Assembly (NCBI GenBank): GCA_963775685.1
Contig: CAVZJV010000014.1
Span: 1,760,001-1,824,000 of the forward strand
DNA: 64,000 nt
Origin: Candidatus Bathyarchaeota archaeon
GTDB taxonomy: Archaea; Thermoproteota; Bathyarchaeia; Bathyarchaeales; Bathycorpusculaceae
Direction: 5' to 3'
The stretch's first letter is position 1. Every line of letters begins with the position of its first letter. Shown piece by piece: positions 61,808 through 64,000 of this stretch. The notes below the pieces were generated by a model. That model saw only the letters and a program-made list of their open reading frames with translations. It searched no databases and was not told the DNA's origin. The translations under genes and the position numbers were made by a program.

Positions 61808-62668
61808 TTAAAACTTGCTCGGCAAAGCGGTTACCTGTATGTCCAAGACGGTTTGGTACCAGTTTGGCCCCGTAGGACGCATCACACGCGAGTTAACAAA
61901 CTCGTAACAGACGCCTAAGCACTCGAGTTTTTGGGCAACCTCCAACTTTGTTTTCTGCACTGGATCTTCTTTTCCTGGCGCATGTTGGAAGTCGTAGTAG
62001 TGGATCCAGCCGCCTGTTTTTTTGAGCCCCAACAGTGCAAACGGCAAATATTGTAAGGCTTTTTCTGGAAGGGGCATCAGAACGCGATCAGCAACGCCTT
62101 GCAGGTGAGTTCGAATGATGTCTTTTGAGTCGCCTAGCAACGAAACAACCTGCCCGCTGACACAGTTGATTTTAACATTTTCTTCCATACATTCAACAGC
62201 AGCGGGGTTAACGTCAATAGAGTAGACTTTGCTTTGGCTTTGGATTTTAGCTATCAGAATGCTAAAACATCCCACGCCGGCAAACATGTTAACAACAACC
62301 TCGCTGGGCAAAACGAGCTGCGCGATACGTTTGTGTTCATGAGAGAGTCTGGGCGAGAAATAACATTTCTCAACATCAATCCTGAAGGCGCATCCTGACT
62401 CTTTGTGGGTGGTGGTTGTTTTATTTTCTCCCGCTAAATGCCGTAGTTCTCTTACTCTGAAATCGCCTTCTATGCGGGTAACGGGGGTAAGGACAGATTT
62501 TATGTTCTTATGGATAGTCATAATCTGTTTTGCTATGAATTCAGGGTTTTGGACTTTGTTGTGTTTGATGATGGCTATGTCGCCTACAATGTCGAAAGAA
62601 TTGTAGACTTTACGTAACTGTTCCTCCGGAAGAACCTCGGAAAGCTTGTCTCGGAGCCGTTTTCTCAA
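61808..62668 (-). CDS. trm5: Trm5/Tyw2-family (Met-10+) tRNA methyltransferase
   Basis: FDIVGDIA, YFSPRL, NMFAGVG, IDVNP, DRVLMPLP, IHYY. Confidence 0.82.
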   Translation of the reverse strand: MRKRLRDKLSEVLPEEQLRKVYNSFDIVGDIAIIKHNKVQNPEFIAKQIMTIHKNIKSVLTPVTRIEGDFRVRELRHLAGENKTTTTHKESGCAFRIDVEKCYFSPRLSHEHKRIAQLVLPSEVVVNMFAGVGCFSILIAKIQSQSKVYSIDVNPAAVECMEENVKINCVSGQVVSLLGDSKDIIRTHLQGVADRVLMPLPEKALQYLPFALLGLKKTGGWIHYYDFQHAPGKEDPVQKTKLEVAQKLECLGVCYEFVNSRVMRPTGPNWYQTVLDIQVTALPSKF

Positions 62669-62745
62669 CTGACCATCCTCATTGTTGGCAAGTATTGGAA
62701 ATGTTTAAAAGTAAAATGCTTTTCTTTGTAGGACAGGCGCTTTCA

Positions 62746-62907
62746 ATGGAAAAATCTGGAATTGTTTATGAATGCATGAGATGCGGCTCAAGAGTACCAT
62801 CTGAAGAATTAGAGTTACGTGGTGGAGAAACCAAATGCATCATCTGTGGCTACAGGATTCTAAAGAAAGTTAAGCCGCCAGTAGTTAAACGAGTTAAATC
62901 GAAATAA
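62746..62907 (+). CDS. rpo12: DNA-directed RNA polymerase subunit Rpo12 (P)
   Basis: YECMRCG...KCIICGYRILKK..PPVVKRVK. Confidence 0.92.
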   Translation: MEKSGIVYECMRCGSRVPSEELELRGGETKCIICGYRILKKVKPPVVKRVKSK

Positions 62908-62962
62908 TAAAGGAAAAACTCGTGTGTTTACACGAGCAATTTGCTTCTTCATTCGTGATTTT

Positions 62963-63253
62963 TTAGAAGAAGTCTTGGTCTCCGAGTTTACGCAGTGCCT
63001 TTCCTTTAAGTTTGATTGATTCTTCCGGGAATTCGTCATCGATTTCTTTTTCAACAGTTTTGCGTTTGACAGTTTCCCCGCAGATTCCGCCGGGCAGCAT
63101 ACGCCTTTTCATACACATTGAGTAGGTGCATTTTGCTACGTTGCATTGTTCCTCGGTTTCTCTGCACCAAACGGAGTCTCGCCGATAGAACACAGAATTT
63201 TTTGCGCACTTAAAGGCTTGACATGCTGGAGAACAAGGTTTTGATTGAGCCAA
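62963..63253 (-). CDS. Cys-rich hypothetical protein
   Basis: Eight Cys in ~55 aa; SD GAGGTG before TTG 63253. Confidence 0.7.
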   Translation of the reverse strand: MAQSKPCSPACQAFKCAKNSVFYRRDSVWCRETEEQCNVAKCTYSMCMKRRMLPGGICGETVKRKTVEKEIDDEFPEESIKLKGKALRKLGDQDFF

Positions 63254-63358
63254 CAGATACACCTCAATTGTCAATTCAAAATGTTGTGTTTTGTAGGTAT
63301 TTAGTTTCTTATTGTGATTTGGAGACGATATAAACTTTTTTCTTGTAAAGGGGAAAAT

Positions 63359-64000
63359 TTAGGTTGCAGATGTAGGTTTAGCTCTTCTGCGCCTGAAGAC
63401 TTCCACTAAAACCAAAGCAATCACAGCTGCCAAAATTATCAGAACCGTAATGAGTAAGCTTGCCGGTATCAACAGCGACCCCAGAGCAACGTATTTGTCG
63501 ATTTTTATTTGCAACGCAGTGGGTTGGTTAACGGTTACTGTTACTGCTTGGTACGTATCTTGCACGCCTGATGCCTGCGCGATTATCTGCATGTTGCCTC
63601 CAACTATATCGTTGAATGTGGCTTTCCCGTTGCCTTGAGTTAAAACAGATATTGTTTGTGGCCCGTTTATAGTAACGTTAACGTTTGAGATTGGCGAGCC
63701 GAAGAAGTCAACAACAGCCACAGAGAGTTGTATGCCAAAGAGGGTACAATGGATTTGTTGGTTACTGCTGCTGAAAACCTGCACGTTTGTTTCATTGATT
63801 AAGGTGTTGTCTTTGAAGACTCTGGCGCGGTACATTCCGAAGGTTGATTGTGTGGTTGCTGCACCATTGCTGTCGGTTGTGGCAGAATAGAATAAGCCAT
63901 TTGATAGCTCTACAAGTTCGATTCTTGCGCCTGCAATGGCTTCTTGGTTATACCCAACCACATTAAGCGTTACAGTTTCGCTTGGGGCAATAATGAAAAC
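63359..64000 (-). CDS. 3' part of a surface protein with carboxypeptidase-regulatory-like beta repeats and a C-terminal membrane anchor
   Basis: TTDSNGAA and TQGNGKA repeats; TM helix followed by RRRR; frame open to the window edge. Confidence 0.75.
   Translation of the reverse strand, partial: VFIIAPSETVTLNVVGYNQEAIAGARIELVELSNGLFYSATTDSNGAATTQSTFGMYRARVFKDNTLINETNVQVFSSSNQQIHCTLFGIQLSVAVVDFFGSPISNVNVTINGPQTISVLTQGNGKATFNDIVGGNMQIIAQASGVQDTYQAVTVTVNQPTALQIKIDKYVALGSLLIPASLLITVLIILAAVIALVLVEVFRRRRAKPTSAT

Noticed and set aside
1-64000. CRISPR array, rRNA, transposase or integrase; antisense ORFs in the track
   Set aside because: No regularly spaced repeats, rRNA-like sequence or recombinase motifs were seen; the short antisense ORFs are shadows of well-supported genes.

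Overview
This is an archaeal chromosome segment. Gene content and protein styles point to Bathyarchaeia (TACK); that assignment is inference. From left to right it holds: (1) a Wood-Ljungdahl CODH/ACS operon (cdhA, cdhB, cdhC and cdhD read as one ORF, cdhE) with two CooC-type ATPases; (2) an ~12 kb metal-cofactor/redox island (Cys-tailed Lrp regulator, Mrp, four NifB/NifX domains, IscU-like, two MinD-4Fe4S ATPases, DUF134, peroxiredoxin, ferritin-like, CDF, OsmC) whose promoters share a GTTTA-N5-TAAAC operator in pairs 31 bp apart; (3) FrhB-like, MetF-like and cofE genes; (4) a GCS2/RLAN/RimK peptide-ligase cluster, two deoxyhypusine synthase paralogs, argS and an HDAC; (5) an accessory region ending at tRNA-Leu(GAG), where a ~280 bp module (tRNA 3'-end fragments plus a TTTACCGGTAAA palindrome) is duplicated around a 7 kb integrase-less cargo (Zn-finger and GNAT relics, secreted hydrolase, STAND ATPase-TPR-wHTH protein, MFS); (6) housekeeping genes (cysK/cysE, guaA, sugar-nucleotide genes, trm112, trm5, rpo12). 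About a dozen small indels split otherwise intact genes, which looks like uncorrected long-read error; four of them sit at CTAG, hinting at CTAG methylation. All product calls come from motif recognition by eye; no database search was run.
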